Below are positions 45,304-60,931 of a DNA stretch of 64,000 nucleotides, one piece after another. A model generated the notes under the pieces. That model had not been told where the DNA came from, did not search any database, and was given only the letters and a program-made list of their open reading frames with translations. The position numbers were made by a program, and so were the translations under genes. The DNA is from Fimicolochytrium jonesii (taxonomy: Eukaryota), in contig NW_026515687.1 of NCBI RefSeq assembly GCF_025526975.1, positions 124,001 to 188,000 on the forward strand, read 5' to 3'. Within the stretch, counting starts at the first letter, position 1; the number at the start of each line of letters is the position of its first letter.

Positions 45304-45573
45304 CCTTTGATCGACTGCAACCCTCATTCATGTGCATAGCGGCGTTTTCCATTATGGGCGTTTGGGCGTATAAGGCCCTCCCCTCACTGCCACATATCTT
45401 ATCATTGTATATCACGTAATCGTTCGACTTGGGGAGGCATGCCGAAAGAATAGAAAAAATGTAGCTCAGATGCATGTCAACGGCATTTCAACACGAGCAT
45501 GTATGTACATCGCATCCTCGGACAGAGTTGGTCCCATATCGGCGCTCCACGAATCAAAAGCGCGATTGCTCTC

Positions 45574-48500
45574 TTAGCTGTGATATGGCGCTATGGAAGG
45601 ATGAGGATGTCGGCTTGGCAGGTTCAGGTTCATCGCCACATCGAAGAGATTGAGGATGTTGGGTCGCTGCAAAGAGAAGCAACCTTCGTCAGAAACATTC
45701 CCAAAATGACAACGGCGGGGGGATACATCAATCCTCACCTTCACAGAACCCTGATGAACATTATACCGCCCACCCCACGGCGAACTAACACCTTGCTGCG
45801 ACCACGTATCCCTATGCCGCGCCGTCACCGGCACATCGCCAGGCATGGGCATAAACTCCGCAGGCAACCGGGGCCCCGCACCACTACGACCGCCCTGGCC
45901 GTTGTCGCCCGAAAGAAGCCTGTATTGGGCCAATCGCTCTTCGTTGGCGGCCAGCTCGATTCCGTGGAATTTGTCGTGGATCTCGGTGCGTTTTTGGAGC
46001 TTGAGCTCGGTGTACCAGCGGAGGCGGTCCATAAACTGTTATGGAGAGCGGGATTAGAGACCGAGACATGGTGAGATTTCGCAAAGCCTGAGATGGTCCA
46101 CGAATGTTACTCACCGACATCGTAAATGGAGCGCTGTGGAACACCGGTTTGTGCTTCGACTGCATATGATATGCAATGTCAATAACCTTCTAGCAAAACT
46201 CTGCCCAATAACACATTCCTTACCTTCGCCCGCTTCCCATGCCTCGAGAGCAATATGATCGGCGTCTTCGGCTTTTTCTTCGCCGTTTGCCTACTACTCT
46301 GCCGACTCGTCACCCCACTCCTACTCTTACTCCGACTACTCTTCGACGCCCCCCGCCGCCCGCCCGCGGGCGTAGACGCAAGACTCTCGGTGCCGGCGGT
46401 GTCGGACACTTTCGTGTCTTGCGTGGCCGGTCTCGTCACCTGCGCTTTGGCTGCGCTGGCTTCTTTTGCTTGGACTTGGTATTCGTGGGCGATTCGTTTG
46501 GTGCGTTCTTGGAGGGCGTGGAGGGCTTTCTCGTAGTCTTCGCATTTGTCGGCGTGGACGATTTGTTGTTGTTCTATGGCTGTTGTTAGTTTTTCGAGAC
46601 GGCCTCTGGGTGAGTGAGAAGAGGGGAGCGTCAATGTGGATCAGGTAAGCATCGAGATAATGGCGATGGCTGATGCACTTACTCAAACTCGAACTGGAGC
46701 AGCTGCATTTGTTGCGCGTGAAGCATCGTCAATTCCATGACCTCCTGCAGCGAGAAGCTCTTTTTCTTCTCTCCTTCAAACTCCCCAGCATCTATCCTGT
46801 GAACGGGCAGATGTCTGAGTTTCTGTTGTATGACGATGTACGCTTCTTCTGCACGTACCCCTCTGCTTGTTCCATCGAAACCATTGGACGCTCTTCCATG
46901 AATCTATTGACGGTTTCCCGGATCTCGTCCTCGTCAAAGTCTTCCAGCATGTACTACAAATCCTACACATCAGTCTGCATTCCCTCCCAATGTTGTCCAC
47001 ATTCCACACACCTTAAGATCCATAGAATCGTCCACATCAGACATCTCGTCCTCGTCGTCAGACTCGGTCTCATCACCAGACCCTTCATCCATCTCTGCCG
47101 GATGAACACGTTCCGGAACAGGCCTGTCCGCGATCTCACGAAACGGTCTGAGCAGCTTCCAACCCTGTCGAAGATGATCCAGTGCGCCAACACTATTCGA
47201 CCGCGTCAACAAGGTCCGTCTATGTGTCGTCTGTGCATCATCTTCCTCGAATTCCGCACGGCGCAGGTCGATCATTGACCAGGACGGTCGGATGTAAGCT
47301 TTCCGTCGTGTCTTTGCGGCCACCGAACCCATGTGGAGGGAGTAGTAACCCGGTTTGGCGTTGCGGATGAAGGGATGCCGGTGTAATGTGCCGAGGATTC
47401 GGAACGCATCAGGGTGGTGCTTTCGCAGGAGAGTTTGGAATTGGTGAACTAGCTCTTTGGCTTTCGCCTTCCAACTAGGGCGGTCTTCGATGATGTAGTC
47501 TCGGATCTCGCCTGAAACGTTTAATAGGGTCAACATTCAGTCCCGGTTATGGACAGAGTGGAGACTTGATCCAAAACCTTTCCAGTCATATATTTTCTCA
47601 GGCTCCCGCCGATCCGCATGGTCCCCAGCTCCTCTGAACTCCTTTCCTTTCGACCTCTCTCTAGTTCGAGCGGAGCTCTGCCGGGTGGAGCTGAACCCCG
47701 ATCCACTTGACTCTTCCACTTCCTCCAGATTGTTCGTGCTGACCCTCACGGACTCGATAGGTTCCACTGCTTCGCTTTCTGATCGCTCGACAGGTGCTTC
47801 TTCCGGCTCGTCTTCCTCAAGACTAGGAATGTGATTAGAGATGGAACTGACGCGGCGGGCGGAGAAGCCAATCTTACATGGTGTCTGCATCCACAAATTG
47901 TCCCGAGCTTTCCAGGAAGTGATGCTGTATGCGGGTTCCTTAGAAAAATGACTGGAAACGGGAAGATTTCGAGACAACGTTGCACTTACGATGACTTTAC
48001 GTGCCAGCCTTTCCCACAGCGCTACTCGCTTTTCGCTACGGATCGTGGCAACCTTTTGGTCGCGTGAGTTCAGCTTTAGGGAGCGATACCGATAGGACGC
48101 AAGGGACCTACCTGCAGCTGCATCTGCTCCATCTTCCTGATCGCCACATCGACCATATGGCACTGTCTACGAAAAATGTCTGCATTAGCTCCTCCGTGGT
48201 TGCCTCAAAATTATCATCATGCGTCTGCCGCACCTTTGATAATCCTTTTCGAGCTCTATTAGCGCTTCTCGCTTGTTAAGCCATGGCCGAGAGAACATCT
48301 TGACTTGCTTCACCAACTCGAAAACAGGCTCGTGAAGATCAGACTTGCTGACAACCATGGGTCAGCTGCTCGCGCATCAGCGGAAATGGGACCAGTCGAT
48401 GCTTCCGACAGTACCTTCGAAACAGCCTCGCAAAGAGTAACGTCAACTGCAGCTTGATGTTTGACGGAACGGTCTGTCGTAGAAAGTCATCCTTCCACGT

Positions 48501-49190
48501 CGTCATCTCCTCCAATGACGTTTCGAATTCTCCCAGCACGTTCAGCAGCTCGTTACAGAGCTCGTCAAAGTCTGTCTGAGATTCTCGATCGTACGGATCA
48601 GGTATCACGTCCAAAACCTTTCCCGGATGATTTGCGGCTCGCCCATAGGATCCGATTTGAGATATCGAGGAGTTGACGGACAGTTGTGACGCTTGAATAA
48701 ACGACTTGATGTCGTCCGACTCCTCGTCCGTCCATAAAGATGTGTTTTTCTTGTTTGGAGGCACGCCGCCCATGCCAGGACCTGCCTGTGGGACGCGGTA
48801 CATCGACGGTGGTTGCACGTACACCGAGGTGCTTGATCTCATGTTGGCTTCCCTGCGATCATCATTCTGCTGGACGGCGCGAAGAGTAGTCATGGCCTCA
48901 TATCTACCCATGTTTTTGCTCGAAGATGTGCGCCTGCTTCCCAACTCGTAAGCGGATGCATTGAAGTCTGGCAGCGGGTCAGTCAAGGACGGCTGCCTGA
49001 ACACTCCCGAGGTAGCCCCTCCTGGTCTATTTGACGGGTCCGGCGGAAGGCCCATAGCCGACAAGCGGCGATGTTGAGACGACGCCATGACCGCTTGTAA
49101 GCTCATCCTTCGTCCTCCGGGTGCTCCAGGAACGAGAAGACCCGGCCTTTCGGTGGCTAGACCTCCTATCCGACGGTCGTCGCTTGCCAT
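45574..49190 (-). CDS. Uncharacterised large multi-exon protein with coiled-coil and low-complexity regions
   Basis: A series of minus-strand ORFs (48339-49190, 47537-48163, 46970-47536, 46179-46634, 45574-46032) bounded by GT/AG sites. No family was recognised. Confidence 0.6.
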
Positions 49191-49722
49191 TTTTTCTGTC
49201 TGGTTGAATCCTGAGCGGGGGAAGCTCACCCGCGCTAGTATATCAGCTATTATTGTCAACGTCAAGTTTGGGTGGGCGTTGATGCAGTGTCGAAGACCCC
49301 AAAAAACATGGTATGGGGGCGTGCAGCGACGGAAACTTCCCGACGATGACACACCGCGTTAAGAACGCGTCGACCTTTGCGAGGATCAATTCCCCAAGGC
49401 CTCAACCCCAGGCAAAGGAACGGTGGATTTAGACTTGCAATTCACCCAAAACCTGTGACTGCGACCGTTCTACAACGAATAGTACTGCACAGCTGGAATT
49501 TGCAGAATCTCTTGCGGATCACCTTTTCTCGAAGTCGGGTTTCCTCGGCTCCCGAAGCACTCTTTGCCAGCATCCAGTTCCCGGTCTTTTTCCAACGAAC
49601 CTCTGGACAAACTCTCAAAGTCCGAGGCTCAGACATTCATCACCACCACGTTATCTCGACGGGCCTCATTTGCGAGTGCCATACTCTAGGCTGATCCAAG
49701 TCCTGGGTTTGGTTGAGCAACG

Positions 49723-52257
<2,535 letters not shown>

Positions 52258-52864
52258 GCGGAGCATTTGGCCGTAGATCAGCAGTCGCAGAAATCTATGT
52301 GGCTTCGGCGCAGTCCGTACTTTTTGGCAGCGAGCGGGACGTAGAGTGCAGCGGTTCCGATTGGGAAATCTACCCATCACAAACTTTAAGAGAAATGGAC
52401 ATCACCGCGTGGGTTTTGGCTGGCATTTTGGGCTTGTTCCACGGCTCGCCTTCACTATTGTATATGTGTGTTTTTGAAGAGCCAAATGGCCTATCTCTGA
52501 GCACAACGTCTGAGCAAAGGTACCTTCGCCGTAAGCAGCGCACCCGACTTGCTCCATAAATCTTCCTGAAATGCCACAAGCGCCACCACGGGGCGCCTTT
52601 GAAGCCTTGGAGTATAACATTATTGAGATACTGCACATTTACGAACTACAAATTTACATGAACACAACATGCGCTCAAGCGTAGTTTATGAATAGGAAGA
52701 GACTGACGGGGAAAATAGGCTATGCGGGACTACTGCCGAGCTTAAAGGGATTTCACATATGAACTACGACGTGCGGTACTGATGCACGAAGAAACGGTGC
52801 TACTAAGATCTACTTCAAAGATTGATGGACGAATGCTAACAGCAACAAAAGCTTGGGAGGCTAG

Positions 52865-53644
52865 CTAGTGCTGCAACTCAACCGATCCTGAATTTGAACC
52901 GGAGCGACCGACTGCAACTGGGCCTACGAAGCAGGTGATGCTAGATTGCGCGGGTAATCGGAGGGAAACCGGTAAGTGAATATGACGATCGAGATCTGCA
53001 ACGAATGCGAGAGCATAAAATGAAAGAATATCTACAATGGCATCAACTTACGGCGACCCATCCCCATTAATAGCCCTAACCGTCACCAGATACGTAATCT
53101 CCGGAATACCATTCGGCACCGGACCATCCAACACCCAATTCTGCTGACCCGCCGCAATCGGGCACTGTACACCCCTAGCCGCGAACGCATCACACATGCT
53201 CACAGCATCCGAGAACAGCGCCGGGGAACCACCTGGAAAACCGACGGAGAAGATGGCTCGCGCTCCAGGGGTGATCGGGCGGCTGGTGGTGCCTTGGATC
53301 GTGAAGGTGGCGTTCTGCCCGGGGACGACCGGGTTGGGAGAGAGGTTGACCGCTGAGACTTGGAGGACGTCGGCGGCGGTGGAGTTCGGGCAGAGAGAGA
53401 ATTGGCCGGGGGTGGTGCTTATGCCGCCGTTGGCGCCGCCGGCGCCGCCCTGATTACCGCCGCCTTGATTACAGCCTTGGCCACCGTTTTGTCCGTTCTG
53501 TCCGTTCTGATTGCCCTGGTCGTTCTGACCATCCTGACCGTCCTGACCATTCTGGTCGCCCTGATCGCCGAACTGCGGGGCGGGACGCGCGAACACCGTC
53601 ACCGGGAGGAGGAGAAGGAGCGTGAGGAGTGCGGTGAGGCGCAT
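52865..53644 (-). CDS. Secreted ML-domain (NPC2/PG-PI transfer-like) protein with a Q/N/G/D-rich linker; one intron
   Basis: Signal peptide, FSLC..LQVSAVNLSPNPVVPGQNATFTIQG, MCD..VQCPIAAG, P..IP..Y, then ITCF in the last exon. Confidence 0.8.
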
Positions 53645-54580
53645 TGCTAGGTTTTTTTCTTTTCTTGTAACGTTCGCGGAATGGTTGTCTTTTCTGTTTT
53701 GAAGGTCGCGAGATGATGATTTGGCGGTTTGAATCTTCAGGTTCCAAGTTGCTTGCCAACAGGGGCGCCCGTCAGCCCTATGCTTTATATCCCATCACCG
53801 ACGGTTTCTCGGCTGACCCCATCCTCCACATTCCACTTTCTTGGCATGAAGTTACTGCATCCACTCTCTCATTTCCCCCGTTTCATACGCCCGCGTCGAC
53901 CGCGCCAAGGCTGCGTGAAGTGATGATGCAAAGGCGCATCACTATCAGGAAATCTGGGCGGTTCGGTGGTTCACATTCCATCTATCGAACTATGTGGTAG
54001 CAGTATCAAGTGCTGGAAGGAACGGGGGAGTTTGTAGTAGTGGCTGCAACCAGGTGAAGTTCTCCACGGCCCGAAATTGACAGTCTATCGACAGGGGTTC
54101 TGCCGGATTTGACAGTTTCTGTGAGGTCATCGTCGCGACTGGCTTTTTCCGAAGCAGAACCAGCGCACGAAGATGGCTGACCCAACTTGCGGTCCATCAT
54201 GATTTCATGGATATTCAATACGGTAGTATTGAGACGACAGAAAGCCGATAGGCAGTTCAAAAAGGTAAAAGATACAAGAAAGACAAAAACGACCCAGCCG
54301 AACAAAAACGGGAAGTCAGCAGACGAAGGGAACGGCGAAATGATAAGACAGACAGGATACTAAGGTATGAAGGGGACTATAAACGCAAATGCTCGACAGT
54401 ACTACCAGGTCATAACATTAGTCGCAGTACGTATCCAGAGAACGGACGATCGAGGTATATATCGAAAAAAGCGGAATTTGTCCGCGAAGTGTCGGCGGAT
54501 GCTTTCAGCCGGCCAGGCAGGACGATACGATGCATGCGGTTCGCTGGAACGGCGAGGCATGCGTTTTCACTAGGATGGGA

Positions 54581-57500
54581 TCACATGTAGTACATGGTGT
54601 GTTGATCCATGGTGGCCTGGACTTTACGCAGCGAGACAGGGATCTCTTGGGACGTTCCGCTGAGGGCCGATGCGGCATCTGACCCGAAATCGCCTTCGAG
54701 GAACATTCGGCCGTCTGAAAATCACCATCCATCACATATTAGTAAATGCTTCGTGGAAGTTTCCTCAACGTGATTCCCTAATACTCACAGTACGCAGCCA
54801 AATGCGCCCGGTACGCCGGGGCTACCATGTTGATACTCCGGGTAGCTCTCTCGGCCAAAAAGCACAGGTTGTAGCAAAGCTGCTGCAGGTTGTCGGACCC
54901 CATCTGGATCTCATCCCATATGACGTGGTAGAGGGTCGGACGTGAGGTGCCCTGCAAACCGGCGTGGGATTGTAGGATGAAGTTGAACTCCGTTGGGTGG
55001 GTGATGACGGTGTCAATCTGTTTCCATTCAAAAGCCAACGAAATAGTTAGTATCACGATCTCGACCACAGAATACATGCGAGAAAATTCAACGTACGGTG
55101 GTACCCGGCAAACAATTGCCCGACTTGTCCTGATGGTTGTCGTTCGGGAACAAACGGATGTGATGTCTTTTCTGGACAATGATGAACGTCAACTGCACAT
55201 TGTTGAGTTTCCGTTTCGCCAGAGCTTTCTTGATAGCGGCGATCTCCGTCTCGCGGACTTCCTTGAATTGTCCACTGGAGACACCGTCACGGAAAAAGAT
55301 GATTCGGGCAGGCGGTGTGCCCTGGGCGGCCACGAATGCGCCGATGGCGTCGACCATGATGCGCTCCATGTCTTGGATGATCTCCACCCGCGAGGGCTGG
55401 GCGGAGAGAAAGGTGCGGTACTTTGTAGCAGAGCGATCGGTTGAGGTGACAACGGCAGCCACAGAAGGGGCCGCTGAGCCGGCGTGGGCGTGGGTGACGT
55501 CTGCACCGCATATCAGGGTCGGTTTGTCCATCATGGGGAGCTTGTCGACGAAGTTTGTAGCACCACCCATCTTAACGTTGACCTGCAAGAGAGTACGATT
55601 CAGATGATGGAGCTCCGGATATCGAACTCCGAGAGGGAACATACCTTCAAAGCAACGTTCTCAGAGTACTTGGCGTTGAGTTTAGCGAGATTCACTTTGC
55701 CAATGTCCATGCACTGCGACAGCACGTCCATGTCGGTCAAGGTGATCCTCTTAATTTCCTCATACAAGACTCGTGTCCCGCCGTCAATTTTGATTCCCTT
55801 GGGAACAATGCAAAAGATAATCTGGCAGCGGAACTTGTACGTCTTGGAAGCTTCCGTGGCCAACTGCACCAGACATCGGCGCACATTTTGAGAATCTTCG
55901 GGGTTCTGGATCTTCAACGGCGAGTCCTCCATTGAGCCGAACTGGATGCCGGTGCGTTGGAAGACGTCCAGGAGTTGGTCCCGGATGTCGCGGGCTTCGC
56001 CTTCAGATATGCGAGTGAAAAAGGCAAACGCGTAACTATTGATTTTCGAGGGCTTCGCGAGGGCCTTGCCGAGCCTCCAATATCCTTCTGTACCCTTAAA
56101 AGCTTGGTTGGCGCCAAAGACGACGTTCGGCGCGTTGAGAATTCGGGCCGGAATCGTCATGGGAGTGGGGTCGACAACGAGACCGAAGGACTTCAAGAGA
56201 TCGTTGTTCTGGTACTTGAGGGTACCATTGACTGCATTGGCGATCTTCTTCTCACGATCCAACGGGCGCTGAACAGTGGCACGAATCATATCAGATGTTT
56301 GATCCCCGTTCAACTTCTTCTTGAACCTCTGTGAAGGGCTCATCTTCAGGAACTCAATGGGGAACGCCGATTTGCCGTTTGACTGCAAGTAATGAAGTAG
56401 GATCAGTATATGAAGGGCACCTGGGGATCCCAGAGAACCGAGAGTCTCACCTTCAAGGCGACAGGCAAGAAAGGGTATTGCAACTTCATGTTGTACTGGG
56501 ACTGGAAGTACTGTGCGACAGAGACCTTCTTGCCCCCAACCTCAAACAGATAAGTGTCTGCCGAGTCGCGAGAGAAGCTTCCGATGTTGAATCGTTGTTT
56601 CATGTCGGGACGGTGGGTGGTCACAACATTGGCGCCCTTGAACTCGCTCGTAAGCTTCGATCGGAGAGCAACAGGACCGATGTTTTTGATCAAGGCTTGG
56701 AGATCGTTCATATCGCGAGCGCGGAAGGCATTTTGGAGAAGTTCGAGGAGCGAGACTTCTCCTTGACGGAAGACCGTGGCAGCCACATCGACGTTGACGC
56801 CTAGATGACCCGCCATCATGACCCGGATACTCTGGTGGTATCCCCTCCAGATTTCCAGGCCTCCTGAAATGTGCGTGCGATCTTCGGGGCTGTAGAAGTT
56901 AGCACCTGCTGTCACGAAGGTCAAGCCAGGAACGTGGCGAAGGACAGTGCTCAACGCGGTGGTTGCGTGTAAAGCAGTCTCGTCCTCCGGTCCTTTCTTG
57001 GTCATGAAGAGCAATAGCGAATGGAAATCAATCTTGGCCACCTACACATGCGGACGAAGTTGGAAGCGTGAGAACAACGTCAAGTTGTGGGTTAAAACTG
57101 GCCCATTTAATGCAAAGTCTAATAGCTATACACACCTGCTTGATGACAATCTTGACCTCCTCAGTCTGCGATGGGCGCTTAACGGCACCCGCGGCGGGCC
57201 CTTTTGCTTTCGCGGGCGGACCGGCGGTCACAGGCCGAGACATGACGGGCGAGAACCCTCCACGCGATCCTCCGCGGCCACCTCGGCTTCCACCTCTGCC
57301 TCCACGCCCTGAGCTACCACCCTGAGGTTGCTCTGGCATTGGAGGGTAGTATTCCTCCTCATCTTTATCGACGGTGACCGTGACGGTGAGATTTGTGAAT
57401 TCCTGCGTGCTGAACGCATTCTTTTTCCCATCAAAAGCGATGAAGGATTTCTTGTTGCCGTCCCTGAACGTCTCTTGAGCTACACGCCAGGCACGTTTGG

Positions 57501-57837
57501 CCAAAGCGGGAACCTCAGGGGTCATCACGACATCATATTGGTACGCAACCGTCTCTGCAAGCAGTCTATGGAAGATAGACAATCAATGAGCTCCTTATCC
57601 GTGTTCGATTCGACAATCTTCAGAACAGTGGAACATGCCTTAATGGAAAGATGTTGCACCTGACCTAAAGAGGGAACTGGACGTATCAGAACAGATTCAT
57701 GAACGGGATTCAAATCAACTCGAATAAAGAGTATCTTCCAGAACGACCATTTCACCCACCTTAATGGGCTTGCCTTCCTTCCCAGGGGTAGGTCGGAGCG
57801 GAAGATCGGTGAGCTTGACCGGACTCTGTTGTGACAT
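54581..57837 (-). CDS. Argonaute (N, PAZ, MID, PIWI; multi-exon)
   Basis: RPTPGKEGKPIK, YQYDV, FDGKKN, GGLEIWRGYHQSIR, SVAQYF..Y..L.YPFLP, PIEFL, VLSQC, VNVKMGG.N, CGADVTH, FFRDGVS.GQF, VQKRHHIRLF, GNCLPGT, SHAGLQGTSRP, APAYRAHLAA. Confidence 0.97.
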
Positions 57838-60800
57838 TTCCAGGGGTGACGGAATTCTGGAAAAGCGTCAGGTGTCAGTAAACAGAGCCCAAAGTGAACC
57901 GCTGCGCCGTCATACGACCGGCCGCGACCGGGAAAGGGAAAACTGAAAGCCATTACTGGCGATCATTACAATTATTTGGGAGCCAGAATATGCACCGTCT
58001 GACGATACGTGTATGTAGCGGTATACGCGCGAAGGCTCTATGAGGTGGGAAATTCGAAAGACCGTGAGAAAATGAGACAGGCATCAACATGCCTTGCTCC
58101 AAACTCCGCGCGGTGCTCCAGTGACACCATGGCCCCATGCGAACGTCGCTGGGGACGTGAAAGTGACCGGTCATGCCTCCTTCCGCAGCACCGTTCAAAC
58201 TCGCGCGCTGTCGAACGCGGCGTGTAGGGAAAATGCAGCAGTAACACGGACATGATCTCCAGACCTGCATGTTTTAGAGGCCAGCGACGAGCACTTCAAT
58301 GCCAAGGTTGCGGTAGGCGGGGTAGCCAGTCACAGCCGGACTTATCCCACGCTCCGGTGCGTCATGCCCACGTGGTGGGAATTTGGACAGCAAACAGTGG
58401 CACCCTTCCCTTCACTCACGTTGAGGCTCTCGCGACTGAAGCAGGTTAGTTGCCGTATGGAGTGAGAAGTAAATGCACTTCTGGTCTCGTTGACGGTAGT
58501 GGTGGTTGGGTGCGATAATGCAGGAGTGTGCTGGCTGTCTTCGTAACGTACGGAGGGGGGAATTGGACGTGGGAATGTTGTTGTTGTGGAGGTGCGGAAG
58601 GGCAACCTTATGTGGGGGTGGCCTCTGGCGTGTGATCTCCTTGCGACGCTCCATTGTTGCCGGGCTGTGAGATGCTGTGATGATTTAGGCCGATGATTAA
58701 GCTGATGTCAGACTGCCTTCGATCCTTCTTATCTTCCAAGTACCCCTGGATGGAAGTCACCGACTCCTCTCCGTCGCCCCCTGTGCCGCGTCTTTTGTCT
58801 TGCCGCGCTCACTCACGCGTCAGCCTAAGAAATGTCATATTGTTTTTTTTTTGGAACTCTAACAGGCTGAAAACTTAAAAGCGTCGGAAAGACGACAGAC
58901 CCTTGCCTTCGGCGACAGGCTTATGTATTCCATCGCTTACATTGTTATCACATATGTATACTAGTGGGCAGTCGTGGCCGCCATCCGGAAGCAGCCGGCA
59001 AGCAAGGCTGGAGAGCCACCACCATGCCGGCTATCTTTCCTCGCCAATATGATCAATATAATCACGTATTCCGCTCGAAATGGGTGCTCGTTCTCGTTGC
59101 AACTCGATGCGGTCCGTTAGGGGCGTGAATTTCCGCGCCTATTTGAACGACTCAAAAAGACTGCGTGGTGGGATGAAGTCAAAACTCTGGCGGTGGTAGG
59201 ACACTCGGAAGCGAGATCGTAAGCCCAATTGGCTCCACCCCGTTCCACAATCGTTGCGCGTTGCGCCCTAATTGGACGCGGCCGACCAGCACCTGCTTCG
59301 AGAAAAGCGTCTTGCGGAAAAAGTGCTTTCGTACCAGTCTGGGAGATGGGAACAGGTTTCGCTCTCCGGGATGTCTTCTGTGTCAGCAAAACGTCGCATG
59401 GGAGTACCTCTACCTCTCTCGCTCCTGCGCGTCTGATGGGGGATGATCAGGAGTCTCGTCAACTTTGGAATCTGTCCTCCCTAAGAGTCTTTTTGTCCGT
59501 GACTGTTGGAGCAGGCATTGCAGCGGAGGATGTGCCGATGTGCAAAAGGACAATGGGTAGGGTGCTGAAGCTCGTCCTCGTGACTCGGACCTCGTCGCCC
59601 TTCTGTATGGACATTCATCAGGTTCCGCGAGATTCTGCGTCTCCCAACTTGCTGCTCTGCCAAAAACCGGCTATTTCAGCGGTACAAGAAGCCTCACAGT
59701 CTCCGACGTTTGCACCTTCTCGTCGCCAAGCCCGTTTGCTGCAGGGGGGGCTCTCCTGTCATTTCCACCAAACTCGCAAACAAGTTGGGTATGCAATATC
59801 CGACTTTGCCCTTGGCACTATATACTGGATGATAGCACGTTTGCGGACATTTAGTTCAGATATAGAATAGACGTATATAGGTAGCCAGGCTTGTCGTGAC
59901 GGAATGTAGCTTTGGGTTCATGGGTCTGAAAAGATCAAGGGAGAGTGATGTCAAATACCTGGAATTGACCCGGGATGAGAGCAAGAGAGGACGATCCCGA
60001 GCGTTTCGATAGACTAGATTTCTGGTGCCTCTTGCCAGCACGCGCCCCTCAACGTCTACCCAGGGTCGTCTGCGCTCATCGCGCGTCGTTTGCTCGCTTG
60101 GCCCGCTAGTCTTGATGGTGATACAGCTTTGGAAGAGCTTCTCCCGTACTCCAGGTCAATTCCTGTTCCTCTTTTCCAGTGGGGTTACACATAAATCATT
60201 ACAGGTTGGGATAAGTCAGCGTGAAGGTGTGTCCGACTACTCAGTGAAACTCCGACGCGTATTCCGGGTGATGATGCTCGAACTGGAAAAGACCCTAGGC
60301 ATCCTTCCAGACATGCCTGCCGAAACAAACCAGAATGTTTGTCACTGACGCTGCGCCGCCATCGCTTTGCTTGTATCACTCCACGCTTATCGAAGATATA
60401 TTTGAACTGCCAAAACCACGTATCCGCTCAAAGGTGAACTTCATCCCCGCAAACATCTCCCCACCCAGTAATTCAAACTCAACGAAATACTGTATCCGTG
60501 TGGTCTTTCATCCTCGGTTTGTGTGAGGAGCGGCCGTGTGCATGTTCCTGTTGCAACGTTGGGAGAGTTGCTGCTGCTGGGGGGGGTCTTTTTTTGCGAA
60601 TGCACTTGCGAGGTAAGGCTTTCGGAGGTGTCGGAGCCCAAAAAAGTGCTTACATCACGCGTTCCTCTTTCCGTGTCCGTCCTCCAAGTCCACACAAACA
60701 TGCAACACGCCGTAAAAGCATCGGTGCATATTCCATAGCCTCTTTGCTGGCTAGCTGGCAACCTCCATATATATACATACTCACTGCTCAATCCAATATA

Positions 60801-60931
60801 GAGTAGTCGGTAAAATATTCACTGCGTGCGCATCATCCTCAAAGAAGCCCTGAGGCCCTGATCAGCAACCATCTTCCCTCACTTTTCGAAAGACCCTCGC
60901 TTCTGTTGAACTACTCCTTAGCGGGCACAAG

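Noticed and set aside
57950..60900. ORFs between Argonaute and the DCX gene (e.g. 59229..59870)
   Set aside because: No recognisable domains. More likely UTR exons or promoter DNA, though short upstream coding exons cannot be excluded.
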